Assembly: GCF_006345805.1 (NCBI RefSeq)
Contig: NC_043002.1
Coordinates: forward strand, 30,752,001 to 30,816,000
Reading direction: 5' to 3'
Origin: Octopus sinensis
Lineage: Eukaryota
Length of the DNA stretch: 64,000 nucleotides
This document shows positions 1 to 13,094 of the stretch, piece by piece. A program made the translations under genes and the position numbers. Numbering within the stretch: the stretch's first letter is position 1; every line of letters begins with the position of its first letter. The notes under the pieces are model-generated. The model saw only the letters and a list, made by a program, of their open reading frames with translations, searched no databases and had not been told where the DNA came from.

Positions 1-282
<282 letters not shown>

Positions 283-439
283 AAAGCGCGATGCGATTTG
301 TATTAAACAGTGATCGGTTCGGTTCGGTTCTGTTAATAGAATTGACTAAAATATCGACAGCTTGTTAGTTTTCGTTGCGTTCAAAATGAAAAATGAAAAA
401 GAAAGCAGAAATACAGAAGTTTAAATATGAACGGGAATC

Positions 440-1580
440 TCTTGCGTTCCTTTCTGATTACAGTATATTGCTGATGTCTTTTTTGTCAGGGAAAGATTGC
501 AGGAAATTTTAGTTAACTTGTTACATTTCTGCGAATGTTTCGCATAAAAAAAAAAGAAAGAAAGAAAACGGTGTCTGTAAGTCCAGTATAAAATGTGTGT
601 CTTGTTTATTAAAAAGTAGCTTCAAATTTTTGGACACAAACGTTTCAGAATTGCCGAATAGTGACAGGGTTATTTTGCAAGCAAAAGTCATCCTACATTT
701 ACCGTTACCCTCTCCCATCATCTACATTATACGATTAAATGAAATCCGAAAATTCACGTCTTGAGGATAAAACGGATTTGTAATGACATAGGGGATAACT
801 AAAAACATGCAAATGCATTTGTATATCGTTATGTCAAACATAGTATGGGTGAATCCATATGAAAGGAAATCGCAACTGCCATAGCTAAAATTAACAAGGA
901 AGGTCAAAACACTTAAACTTAATTTTAGCAGACAAAGTAAATCTCTGTGGTCAATATCCTTTAGAGATTAACTGGCAGCGAAATTTCATTACTTCCATCA
1001 CTGCATGAAAGTTACCTAGATAATTCAGAAAAATGTTCTTGCTTCAAACATATATTTCATCATCCGCTTATAGATCCAATAAAAATGTAAGAGAGGTACT
1101 AACCATTAGATTTAAACTAAATAAAACTACCATGGAGTTTACGAACGCTACACTCCAAAGGCCAAACGCAAGAGAGGTAAGTCTTGTTCATTGTACGACA
1201 ATATATGTCAATTCAATTCCATCACAAATTTTAAAAGAAATGTAATGATTTATACAGAAGGTGGGATGTGTAAGGAATCGCATTTTGTGCAAACAGCGGA
1301 AAGCACCAAACGCATTGGGATTTATACAGCTTGCACAACAGAATGTTTAAATAAAAAAAGATTCAGTGAACATAGGTATGACGTCAGGCACAATAACAGT
1401 AGTATAACGGAAATTGTTGAATATTTTATGTCAAATGGTTAAAATTTGCGGGAACGCTTGGAAGTGCACATTGTTAGAAAATATTCTGATTCTACTTTAT
1501 TTTCATTCTTCAAAACACACAAAGATAAATATACTTGAGAATTACCGACGACATGCCCTGCAGGGATGAAAGAAACGCCA
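440..1580 (+). mobile_element. Decayed Penelope-like element ORF (RT palm/thumb + GIY-YIG endonuclease), multiple stops and frameshifts
   Basis: Manual translation gives collinear PLE motifs: QYIADVFF (461-484, cf. RYIDDIFF), SIKC..KSSFKFLDT (to ~638), LRIKRICND (761-787), AYRSNKNVREVL (~1068-1103, cf. AYRRPKNLRDIL), KKRFSEHRYDVRHNNS (GIY-YIG helix), LPTTCPAGMKE (cf. L.T..P.GLN). Confidence 0.75.
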
Positions 1581-1782
1581 GGAGAGTTATGCTACATTTA
1601 CGCAAAGCCCTTTGAATAAATAATCTCTTTCCCACATTCATTGTGATCTCATTTTCATCGTTACCAGGTATGAAGAAACGAAAGCAAATGACATCGTTTT
1701 ATCTAAAAAAAAAATGAACGTAGCATATTCCCGTTCATATTTTGAATTTCTGTATATCTGCCACATTTCATTTTTCATTTCA

Positions 1783-1877
1783 AATAATAATATTAGCAAC
1801 AACAATAATAATACCAACAACAACAACAACAATAATAATAATACCAACAACAACAACAACAACAACAACAACAAAAC

Positions 1878-1933
<56 letters not shown>

Positions 1934-1953
1934 TAATAATAATAATAACAACA
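1783..1953. repeat. Compound (AAC/AAT)n microsatellite
   Basis: Direct sequence. Confidence 0.95.
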
Positions 1954-2088
1954 CCAAGAAATCAAAACCTTGTGTTGACATCAACCACCCACATCCTCAG
2001 AAAGTTTCTCTCAATCTGTTATGTACGTGCCTTAGGTCTCTGATTGAGACCTGGTCCGAAGATAAAATACAATTCAAATCAATCAGAA
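1954..2088 (+). mobile_element. 5'-truncated 3' end of an R4/Dong-like RLE non-LTR retrotransposon
   Basis: Encodes QEI.NLVLTSTTHILRKFLSI (cf. C-terminal QKIVLxGTAHILRKxL). Followed by 3'UTR stem-loop AGGTCTC-TGATT-GAGACCT (2034-2052) and an AAT tail; AAT arrays on both sides. Confidence 0.7.
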
Positions 2089-2144
2089 AATAATAATGAT
2101 AACAATAATAGTAGTAACACTACTACTACTACTACTACTACTAA

Positions 2145-2188
<44 letters not shown>

Positions 2189-2205
2189 GGATAATGATGA
2201 TGATG

Positions 2206-2242
<37 letters not shown>

Positions 2243-2250
2243 TAATGATG

Positions 2251-2319
<69 letters not shown>

Positions 2320-2367
2320 GTAATAATTAGAACAACAACAACAACAACAACCATAATAATAATACTA
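2089..2367. repeat. Compound (AAT/ACT/GAT/AAC)n microsatellite
   Basis: Direct sequence. Confidence 0.95.
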
Positions 2368-2915
2368 ATGCAGTACCAGGTAGTGGCCCTCGTGGCTTCT
2401 GATCTTATGTGATTGGAAGCGTTCTCATGTACATTGTTTTGTCTTGGTATAAAAGATAGGCTACAGCAAATATTCTGCTCAATACTACATATTTGCTTGT
2501 CACTTGTTTGACCATAACCAGTTGAGCATGTTCCTTAGTATCTGACGATATGTGCGTCTCTGATCACAAGCAGAAGTAGTGGGGGAGCATCATAGTCATT
2601 TGTTGAGAGGGATTCTTTGGGGTTTGAATAATTCACCGCTGGAAACATGGCTGTTTCTTTCATTATCCTTAAACAACCCTTATTCAGGGACCTTTTGAGC
2701 GGGATGGGTTACTCGACCAGAAGAAAATTCTAACTGAGCCCCACTTGCATGGTCATGTGCTGTTTATCTTGATATGAGATCACCATGTTGCGCACATCCT
2801 ATTGTGATGCATGTGCCTAGTGTACCCTTATCAGACGGGTAGTCATGATGGTTATACTGGGCTTCTTATATTTTACCCCAGTGTCCCTTTGATGGCATGC
2901 ACTGCTCTCTCACAC
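2368..2915 (+). mobile_element. ~550-bp non-coding interspersed repeat embedded in (AAT)n, probably a LINE 3'UTR or non-autonomous derivative
   Basis: High-complexity block (ATGCAGTACCAGG...CTGCTCTCTCACAC) running directly into (AAT)n; resembles a common Octopus repeat from memory; no ORF. Confidence 0.5.
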
Positions 2916-3290
<375 letters not shown>

Positions 3291-3349
3291 ATCTGCCAGT
3301 GCGTCACGGATAATATTAATACGTTAAAAAGTTTTGAAGAAAGCCAGCA

Positions 3350-3505
3350 GTTTAGAAAGAAAGGGTTAGTAAAATACTCCGTAATTTGACTGGTACTTAT
3401 TTTATTGACACCGGAAAGATGAAAGAGATGTTTGACATTGGTGAAGTTTGAACTCCGAAAGTAATGAGTCAAGAGAAATATTGTTAAGTATGTTCTCCCT
3501 AAAGA
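3350..3505 (-). mobile_element. Decayed SINE family B (Meta/MESC-like core)
   Basis: Degenerate match (CTGGTACTTATTTTATTGACACCGGAAAGATGAAAG...TTTGAACTC) to the intact copies at 43910 and 44861. Confidence 0.5.
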
Positions 3506-3717
3506 GATGACGCGATCGCCTCTCAAACTTAAAGCTTCCTTTTATATTTTACGCTATATCTTTTTCTTGTTTAAGTCATTGGTCTGCAGACATGCTGGGG
3601 CACCACCTTGAAGATTTTGATGGAATAAATCGAAACCAACATTATTTTACTTTTCTTTCATTATTCAAGAACTTTACTGATTCCTCCCTTTATCTTATGA
3701 AAGACAGAAGTTATCTT

Positions 3718-4131
3718 CTTTTACTCTTTTACTTTTTTTACTTGTTTCAGTCATTTGACTGCGGTCATGCTGGAACATTGCCTTTTGTCGAGAAAATTGA
3801 CCCCAGGACTTATTCTTTGCAAGCCTAGTACTTATTCTATCGGTCTCTTTTGCCGAACCGCTAAGTGACGGGGACGTAAAAACACCAGCATCGGTTGTCA
3901 AGCGATGTTGGGGAGACAAACACAGACACAAACACACATATATATATATATAAAAAGACATATATACGACGGGCTTCTCTCAGTTTCCGTCTATCAAATC
4001 CACTCACAAGGCTTTGGTCGACCCGAGGCTATAGTAGAAAGACACTTGGCCAAGGTGCCACGCAGTGGGACTGAACCAGGAAATATGTGGATGGCAAGCA
4101 AGCTACTTACCACACAGCCACTCCTGCGCCT
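3718..4131 (-). mobile_element. tRNA-derived SINE family A, full length, with internal (CA/TA)n
   Basis: Minus-strand head AGGCGCAGGAGTGGCTGTGTGGTAAG...GGTTCAGTCCCACTGCG (A/B-box-like), internal microsatellite, 3' module ending GACTGAAACAAGTAAAA; homologous to 7059, 35105 and 63432. Confidence 0.9.
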
Positions 4132-4611
4132 ATGTTGTTCATACTTCTTCTTTGATTGTAAGTATTTACGAAAAATGAAAATCGCAAAACACCATCAGTG
4201 CTGTGGAGAGATATCTGTATTCAAATGTAATCGTTTCAATACAACATGTGGATCTTGAGAATAACCTTCGATGAGTCAGTATATCTAACTTCATGATTGT
4301 TACATCTGTTAGAGATGAACATCCTTTCATTGATTGATATATGGTAGAGAGGAACCTCTTTCGAATGTGTCTACATTTTCAAACAGAGTTAGTGAAGACT
4401 TCAATAAGAATACTTTTTTCTCCCCCAGGAATTTAGCGAAAGCAAATTTATTACTCTTTACTTCAGAAATGATTTTGGCGAAACGTACCTGACTGCAAAT
4501 GTTTTTAACTCAGATACACCAATTGCCACAGCCAACGTCAACAGCTTCGACCACCCTTAAGAATACGCTTACAAGTAGTATCTTGTTGATGAATAAGAAA
4601 GCCTTAGGAAA

Positions 4612-4848
4612 CAGTGAAAGGGCTTCTTCTGAGCCAGTGAGGGAGCTTCTGCTAAGACAGTAAGGAGCTTCTACTAAGATGGCGAGTCTCATCCATCCAA
4701 TGAGGGAGCCACTATTGTGTCAGGAAGAGAAGCCTCTATCACCCAATGAGTCTCTGTCACCCAGGGAGAGAATCTACTGTGACAATAAGAGGAGTTTCTA
4801 CCACCCAGTGAGGGGGTTCTTTTTACCTAGTGAAGGAACTTCTCCTTA
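4612..4848. repeat. Degenerate 18-23-bp minisatellite, ~11 units (consensus ~CAGTGAGGGAGCTTCTRYYAMS)
   Basis: Units e.g. CAGTGAAAGGGCTTCTTCTGAGC, CAGTGAGGGAGCTTCTGCTAAGA, CAATGAGGGAGCCACTATTGTGT, CAGTGAGGGGGTTCTTTTTACC. Confidence 0.6.
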
Positions 4849-5734
4849 CAGGAACAAGACAGATTTTACCTTGCCACACATTTCTTTTTGCCAATGCTAA
4901 CCCATAAAAATAATAAGCGGAGTAACAACTGGGAGCAACACCCAGCTAAAAATAAAACCAGTACTAAAAATAGAACCATCTGGTGCTCACAAAGCACAAG
5001 CAGACAGTATAACAAAACCAACGAAAGAACAGAATATTACAATAGTAAAAATAAATAAATTACTAAATAAATAAAGAAATCCCACGATTTCAAAAAGCCA
5101 TGAGCTTGGAACGCCTAACAGGGCCCTTTATTTTGCTTGGTAACAGCTCCCACTTCACCACCATGCTATTCTACCGCACCACCAAGCAACGAATATTGTA
5201 CGAAAGCACAACATCTACAACACGTTCCTCATGTAACTTATACTGATTCTTTTTTATTATTTCCATAATAATAATATTCACCAAATGAGACAGAGTGTCA
5301 CCATAAAATTATGACTGTGTGTCACATATAGTCACCACCCTTTCTCCAAACAAATCCACGTTCCTCCCCACATCTTACCTTTCTCTCTCTCACTCTCTCT
5401 CTCTCTCTCACTCTCTCTACCATTCTTTCGCATCTTTCCTTTCTCTTTTTTCTCTCCCTCGCAAGTTATATTACAATATATGTTTATAACCAACCTTGCA
5501 ACAAGATATGATATTTCAGTGATAAGCACTAACCCATTATAAACCGACATAATTTTAAGAGATAAGCGAAGAAGAAAAAGAAAAAAAGAACGAGAAAAAG
5601 AAAGAAAAAAGAAAAAGAAGAGGTAAACAAAAAGCAAGTTACTGTCTTCTATTATTAAGGTGGTAGGTACTATTTATTGTTACTGGTATTCTTATTATTG
5701 TAATACAAAGAATATCAATAGTAAGCTGACAAAA

Positions 5735-6058
5735 TAGTAGTAGTAGTAGTAGTAGTAGTAGTAGAGTAGTAGTAGTAGTAGTAGTAGTAGTATCAGTAGT
5801 GGTAGTAGTAGTATCAGTAGTGGTAGTAGTAGTAGTAGTAGTATTAATAGTAGTAGTAGTAGTAGTAGTAGTGTAGTAGTAGTAGTGGTAGTAGTAGTAT
5901 TAGTAGGAGTAGTATCAGTAGTGGTAGTATTAGTAGTAGTAGTAGTAGTAGTAGTATTAATAGTAGTAGTAGTAGTAGTAGTATTAGTAGGAGTAGTAGT
6001 AGTTGTAGTCGTATTATTATTATTATTATTATATTATTATTATTATTATTATTATTAT

Positions 6059-6091
<33 letters not shown>

Positions 6092-6251
6092 TAGTAGTAG
6101 CAGTAGTAGTAGTAACGGCAGCAGCAGCAATATTATTAGTGTTCGTGTTGTAGTTGAAATCATTGCTGAGAGTATTTTTGTTGCTGTTGCAAATATGGTT
6201 GCTTTCGTTATGATCCCGTCCAAGCCCGTTTCGTGTTTCATTATTATTATT

Positions 6252-6302
<51 letters not shown>

Positions 6303-6315
6303 GCTGTTGCTGTTG
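5735..6315. repeat. Compound (TAG)n/(TAT)n/(GTT)n microsatellite
   Basis: Direct sequence. Confidence 0.93.
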
Positions 6316-6546
6316 CTCTGGTTGTTATTCCATTATACTGTGTATGAAAAGGGAATAGATACATTTATCACTATGACACGGTTAACGTGAAATATATATG
6401 GACACACTCTCATACACACAAAGGCATAATTTTATACGTATTTATGTCTGCGAATATACATAATCATAAACAAATTCATTTCTATCTACATACACATAAT
6501 ATACATATACATAGATACATACATATATAATATTTGTATATATATA

Positions 6547-6591
<45 letters not shown>

Positions 6592-6653
6592 ATATATATA
6601 TGTATTATATATATATATATATATTTATGTATGTATATAATATATATACATAG

Positions 6654-6695
<42 letters not shown>

Positions 6696-7058
6696 GTATG
6701 TATATATATATGTATGTATGCATATATATGTATATATATATATATATATTTTAAATACATATACATACAACTATATTTATACATTTATATGTATGAATGT
6801 ATATATATATTATATTTATATATGTGTATGTATAGACGTGTATGCATATATGTATATTTATATTTATATGTATATATTTACTTTACTTAAGAAATCAACT
6901 ATTCAAAGAAACACGCACTGATAACTGAATGACTAGAAATTTATTTACGCACACGCACGCACACAAACACACACGCACACAAACACACACGCACACACAC
7001 ACATACACACACACAGAATTATACAGGAACATATGTATATGTATATACATATACATAC

Positions 7059-7218
7059 GGCGTAGGAGTGGCTGTGTGGTAAGTTGCTTGCTTATGAATT
7101 ACATGGTTCTAGGTTCAGTCCCATTGCGTGCCACCTTGGGCAAGTGCCTGCTACTATAGCCCCGGGCAGACCAAAACCTTTTGAGTGGATTTGGTAGACG
7201 GAAACTTAAAGAAGCCCG

Positions 7219-7275
<57 letters not shown>

Positions 7276-8052
7276 CAAATTGAGATAGGGGTTGTAAATG
7301 CAACCCTCTATGGGATACGTATATCCAATATACTGCTAGTGAAGTACCCAACAAACTTAATACATAAATGTTAATGATTGCGATGCAATCAATTCATTTA
7401 CTGTATTATATGGGCAAAGGTAAAATGATTTACCACTAATTACTAATACAAGATAAGAAAATGGAGAAACACATCTAAATCAAATATCAATTACAAGATA
7501 ATACTCAATCACATACTTTATTAAACCACCACATAAGAGACTGTAGGGTTAAATATAAAAAGCAGAACAAATCAGTGTACATCGACATGGCCGAAACAGC
7601 TGTAAGATCTAATGTATGCTTATATTTATATTTACTTGTATTTATATTTTTTTTTATATATATTCTAATTATTATACAACATTACTCTTTTACGTACACT
7701 TTTTTATGTACATTCCTTTATGTACACTGATTTGTTCTGCTTTTTATATTTAACCCTACAGTCTCTTATGTGGTGGTTTAATAAAGTATGTAATTGAGTA
7801 TTATCTGGTAATTGATATTTGATTTAGATGTGTTTCTCCATTTTCTTATCTTGTATATATACATATATATGTATGTGTGTGTATATAATTGTGTGTCTGT
7901 GTTTGTTCCCCAACATCGCTTAACAACCGATGCTGGTGTGTTTACGTCTCGTCACTTAGCGGTTCGGCAAAAGACTACGATAGAATAAGTACTAGGCTTA
8001 CAAAGGATAAGTCCTGGGGTCGATTTGCTCGACTAAAGGCGGTGCTCCTGCA
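7059..8052 (+). mobile_element. SINE family A split by an insertion into its internal (TA)n (5' module 7059-7219, 3' module ~7891-8052)
   Basis: Both modules match the family A copies; 7271-7856 lies between two TA runs. Confidence 0.85.
7271..7856. mobile_element. PLE-terminus-like insertion with 137-bp inverted repeat (7446-7582 / 7720-7856)
   Basis: Arms match at 135/137 positions by manual comparison; spacer starts with CCGAAACAGCTGTA; AATAAA in the right arm; flanked by (TA)n. Confidence 0.65.
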
Positions 8053-8054
8053 TA

Positions 8055-8640
<586 letters not shown>

Positions 8641-9143
8641 GATTGATTGATTGATATACAAATGTATATAAGTATGCATTTACATTTTTGGAAATGAAAT
8701 AAATACGACGCAGACCAAATATCTAGATATGCAGTTACATATACAGTCAGAGATGTACACACATTCCCACAGGCACACATACATGTATGTACAGGGCTCA
8801 TGGCTCTAAACACGCTCTCAAATATATATATATATATTATCAAGTATATAAATATGTATGAGTGACAGTATGAGAGATGACATAGAGGAGGGAGGAGAGT
8901 GATAGCAATAAAGACGAACAATCCTCTAGTTAACCACTGATCGTAGATTAGGCTGTATAGGCCGCGTATATGACAGTGTTATCAATGAAATGAGGCGTTC
9001 ACGTGTGCTAGATGTACCCTGAAATCAGGCCGGGTAGATTTAAAGATAAATCATGATTCATTCTGCCTAATACTAAACATTCAAAGCATTTATGTTTATA
9101 ATACTTTCAAGATTTGTATGACTATTATATGTATGTATGAATG

Positions 9144-9195
<52 letters not shown>

Positions 9196-9494
9196 ATACA
9201 TATATATATATATATACATATAAAATACATATACTATATATATATATTATATACATATATATATAGTATATGTATATATATATGTATATATATATGCATA
9301 TGTATATATTTATATATGTATATATATATATGTATATGTATGTGTGTGTATATGTATGTATGTGTATATATATATAATATATGTGTATGTACGTGTGCAT
9401 ATATGAATGTATATATGTATGTATGCATGCATATATGTGTGTATCTGTTTCTCTATTTATCTATCGTTAGATACAATAGATGCGCATACATACA

Positions 9495-9527
<33 letters not shown>

Positions 9528-9859
9528 GTGTTTGTGTGAGTGTTTGTTAGTAAGTATGATCTCTTCTGTTTTTAATACTTGCATTCTTCCGCTGAAAAAG
9601 GAGGTGGATTTTAACGAAGTTACAAACTCCATCGTTAGAAGGTTGACAACAAAAAGAGCGACACGTTTCAAACTTGAGAATGTCTCGCATATTTTTCCTG
9701 TTCCACTTACAGTAAAAATATGCATTTGTAATGCGCGTATTAGTTTGTTGTTTTCTTCCCTGAGAACGTAGCTTACCAAAATATCACCAGGCAACTTACT
9801 CAAAACAGAAAAAACTACCAATTGCATTTATAATGTAAATTTATAATCTAGATATATAA

Positions 9860-10215
9860 AGTGGGAGCAGTTTCTTATTGCTATCCTCTTTCTCTTTCCT
9901 TCTCAAAGAGATATTTATATCAGAAGAGACATCTGACCTCTGTGATGATACATAGTTTTTCCTGTCTGTCCAAAATAACATCGGGCCTGTTATGTTTAAA
10001 CCTGTCAGATGTTGACGGGAATGGTTTCACCAATATTCCTAGTGTTGATGTTGTAAATATGGTCTCTATACATTTTTGATCATTCTGTTTTCCGAATGGT
10101 ATTGTATATTGTCTCTGTGACAGCATCATTTCACTTGATGACATTGTTTGGCAGCTTCTAATTACATGCGTGATGCCCTCAACAGAAATAGAATATAATC
10201 TAAATTTTCGGTTGT
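9860..10215 (-). mobile_element. Restriction-like endonuclease (PD-(D/E)xK) fragment of an R4/Dong/NeSL-type non-LTR retrotransposon
   Basis: RFKHNRPDVILDRQEKLCIITEVRCLF, then after a +1 frameshift DINISLRRKEKED (cf. HNRPDIV..DK..K.C.IIEV.CPFD.NI..KE.EK). Confidence 0.75.
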
Positions 10216-10354
10216 ATCTTGGAATCTGAAGGTCTTCACTGTCAATTGTTTGTTAGGTATTTCGTACCAACAACTTTTTCTTTATGTGCAAATGGATAAC
10301 CTTCGATGTATATGATAAGTAATTACGAATCAAAGAGATGCTATATATATATAA

Positions 10355-12123
10355 TTCGACTCGACACATCAACCCAATCGAGAGAACAATGAGGAAACCG
10401 ATACGAAAAATACAACCTCCGAAATCGTTGAAAACCTTGGAAACTTATGCGAAACAATTAGAACATTTTCCTCTAATAGCGCGAATCAAGGACCTTCAAA
10501 CGAGACTGCATATAGGATCAATGCTCTCACAAAATACCAAATGAAACACCACATAGTACGACAATGGAACAAATCACTCAGAGATAGAAAGTTCGCCTTT
10601 TGGAAGATGATCCAAATCAACAACAAAGCGGATATATACGAAAAATGGCTCAACCGGACACCGTTAATCCTCCCACGTAAATTCCAGATCAAAGCCATAA
10701 CACATGAACCTGAAACACAAAGACGCCTCAGGGAGAGAATAGCACTGGAAATAAGGAAAATGGAAATAGTACTTCTAAAATAGAGGGCCCAAACGAATGA
10801 AGATATAGTAAAATCCACTGATGAAGAGATCAACCAAGAAATTTGCAAAATGACCCAAGAGAAGATCTCCAAACTATGGAAAGAGGACTGTGAAAAAGAA
10901 GAACTGAAATCTCTCCAACGCTGGGAGAAAAGCGCCACTTGGTTTTCAAACTATGAAGCCGTCTTTCAAACAGAGCACGCTTCCAACAAGCCTTTCCAGA
11001 AAATAAGAAAATCAAAACAACACTCAAACACTGATACATATCTGACTAAAAATCGGAACCATCACTTCTACCAAAAAAAGAATACAGGACCTAATCCTAA
11101 CTTTGTAAGCCACCAACGATACAATTTCGGGAGTACCCTAACTTCAAACAGAGAAAGGATAAATCACTACCCACAGGATAGACGCTGTAACCTCCTCCCC
11201 GAAAAGAGTTACCAACGAAATTTTCGTTCCAACAACCTACTAAACAACCAGGCACAACAAACCTGCACCACACGCAATAATTACCAACGACGGCCCCCTA
11301 AAACACTACACCCAAATATGGGTTATTGGGACACACTTTTCAGTACTGTTCCAAGAACACACACCATAAATCACAACAGGGCACCCCGCAACAACAAGGA
11401 ACAACTACATACTAGTTACCCTCCCAACCACCGCAATCATTTTTTAGACTCAATATGCAAACACAGAGACACAAGATAGCACCAAAGAGACAGGAGTAAC
11501 CAACAGTGATAAAAATGATCAATCTAACTCACAATGAACTATCAGCAAGCCAAATCAATATACTCTCCAAAGGACTCAAGTTTACGCCAACCCCCAACGC
11601 CCCAACTACAATGAAATGAAAAAGGACATCGCAGAATTCTGTAGAAAATTACGACTTGCTGAGGAGCTATACGACATATACAACGAGGACGAATCGTTGG
11701 CCAGAAATACGAGTAACTACACCCACCTCAAAAGGTAAGAACAAAACACTTGATCATTTGTGTGAACACATTTCGAATTACCCATATCAATATATGCACA
11801 AACAAAATCACAAACCAAACTTCAGCAAAAAATATGGGCTTAGCTGAACAAATTAAAAAATGACAAAACAATAACAATCAAAGAGGCCGATAAAGGGAGT
11901 GCAGTTGACTTAATGGACACGGTATTTTATATAACTTTAGTACTAGCTATGTTGGAAGACAAAACATATTATGAAAAGGCCCAAAACTACAGTCAGCAAA
12001 AAATAATGAGAGAACTAAAATCCATGTTAAACCTACACAAAAAAGGGCTCACCAACAAAGAATATGACTATATGACCAATTTCAAAAGTAAAACCAGCCA
12101 ATTCTACGGTATTCCCAAGATAC
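10355..12123 (+). mobile_element. Penelope-like element, N-terminal domain plus first part of RT; begins at (TA)n and is truncated at (CA)n
   Basis: Frame open from ~10355 to 11479 with one in-frame TAG (10781-10783); then MINLTHNELSASQINILSKGLKFTPTP, AEFCRKLRL, ITIKEADKGSAV.LMD, SQFYGIPKI, all hallmark PLE RT N-terminal motifs. Confidence 0.9.
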
Positions 12124-12124
12124 C

Positions 12125-12177
<53 letters not shown>
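12125..12177. repeat. (CA)n microsatellite
   Basis: Direct sequence. Confidence 0.97.
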
Positions 12178-12180
<3 letters not shown>

Positions 12181-12835
12181 TTGATTTAATTTTCGAAGTT
12201 GTGCATCACAATTTCACTTGAGATATGTTCTTAGTTCTATAAAATTACCTCAGTGAATACGCTGAAAGCCACAAATTTACGATTATATAATGAAGGATGA
12301 GTGTTAGGGTTGTGATCAACAATCGAATTTTACCAAAATCACTTGATATGTCAAGTGATTTGTGACGAGTGGATTGAAATTCGATTTATATGACAGGAGA
12401 AATGTGACAAGTGGATTGTGCGTGGAAGTTATAGAATATACCACTGTTGACACATGTTCTTTAAATAAAGGGTCGTTAAATTTTTCTGCCAATAGTGTTC
12501 CATATTTTTGTCTAACTTCCTATGATATACATTTTACTTTTATTGTTAACACGCATTCACACACATTAATAGACATGCATATCTACATAGGGACACACAT
12601 AAATATGTATGTATGTGTGTATGTATGTTTGCATGTCTGCATACATGTATGTATTTGTGCACGTGAGTGCATATCCTAAATAACGGAAACTCCATGACTC
12701 AAGGCAATGTAATTTACAATTTCTGTCACTCTTTCTGATTACTTCAATCACACAGACACCGCTCACCCATAGTCTCCCGCTACTTTGCTCTCTCTCTCTC
12801 TCTTTCTTTCTATCCCTGTGTATATATATATGTAT

Positions 12836-12882
<47 letters not shown>

Positions 12883-13094
12883 TATATATATGTATAGATG
12901 TATGGATGTATATGTATGTATGCATATATATACACACGTATATATATTTATGTATATGTCTATATATATAATACATATATGTACATGTATGATTGTATGT
13001 AAATATATATACATATATATACACACACACACAAACACACAAACACACATACACACACGCACACACACACACATATATGTATGTATATATGTCT

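Noticed and set aside
1074-1375. Two apparent plus-strand exons (1074-1176, 1258-1375) with good splice signals
   Set aside because: Phases are incompatible (0 then 1) and the peptides are Penelope linker/GIY-YIG motifs
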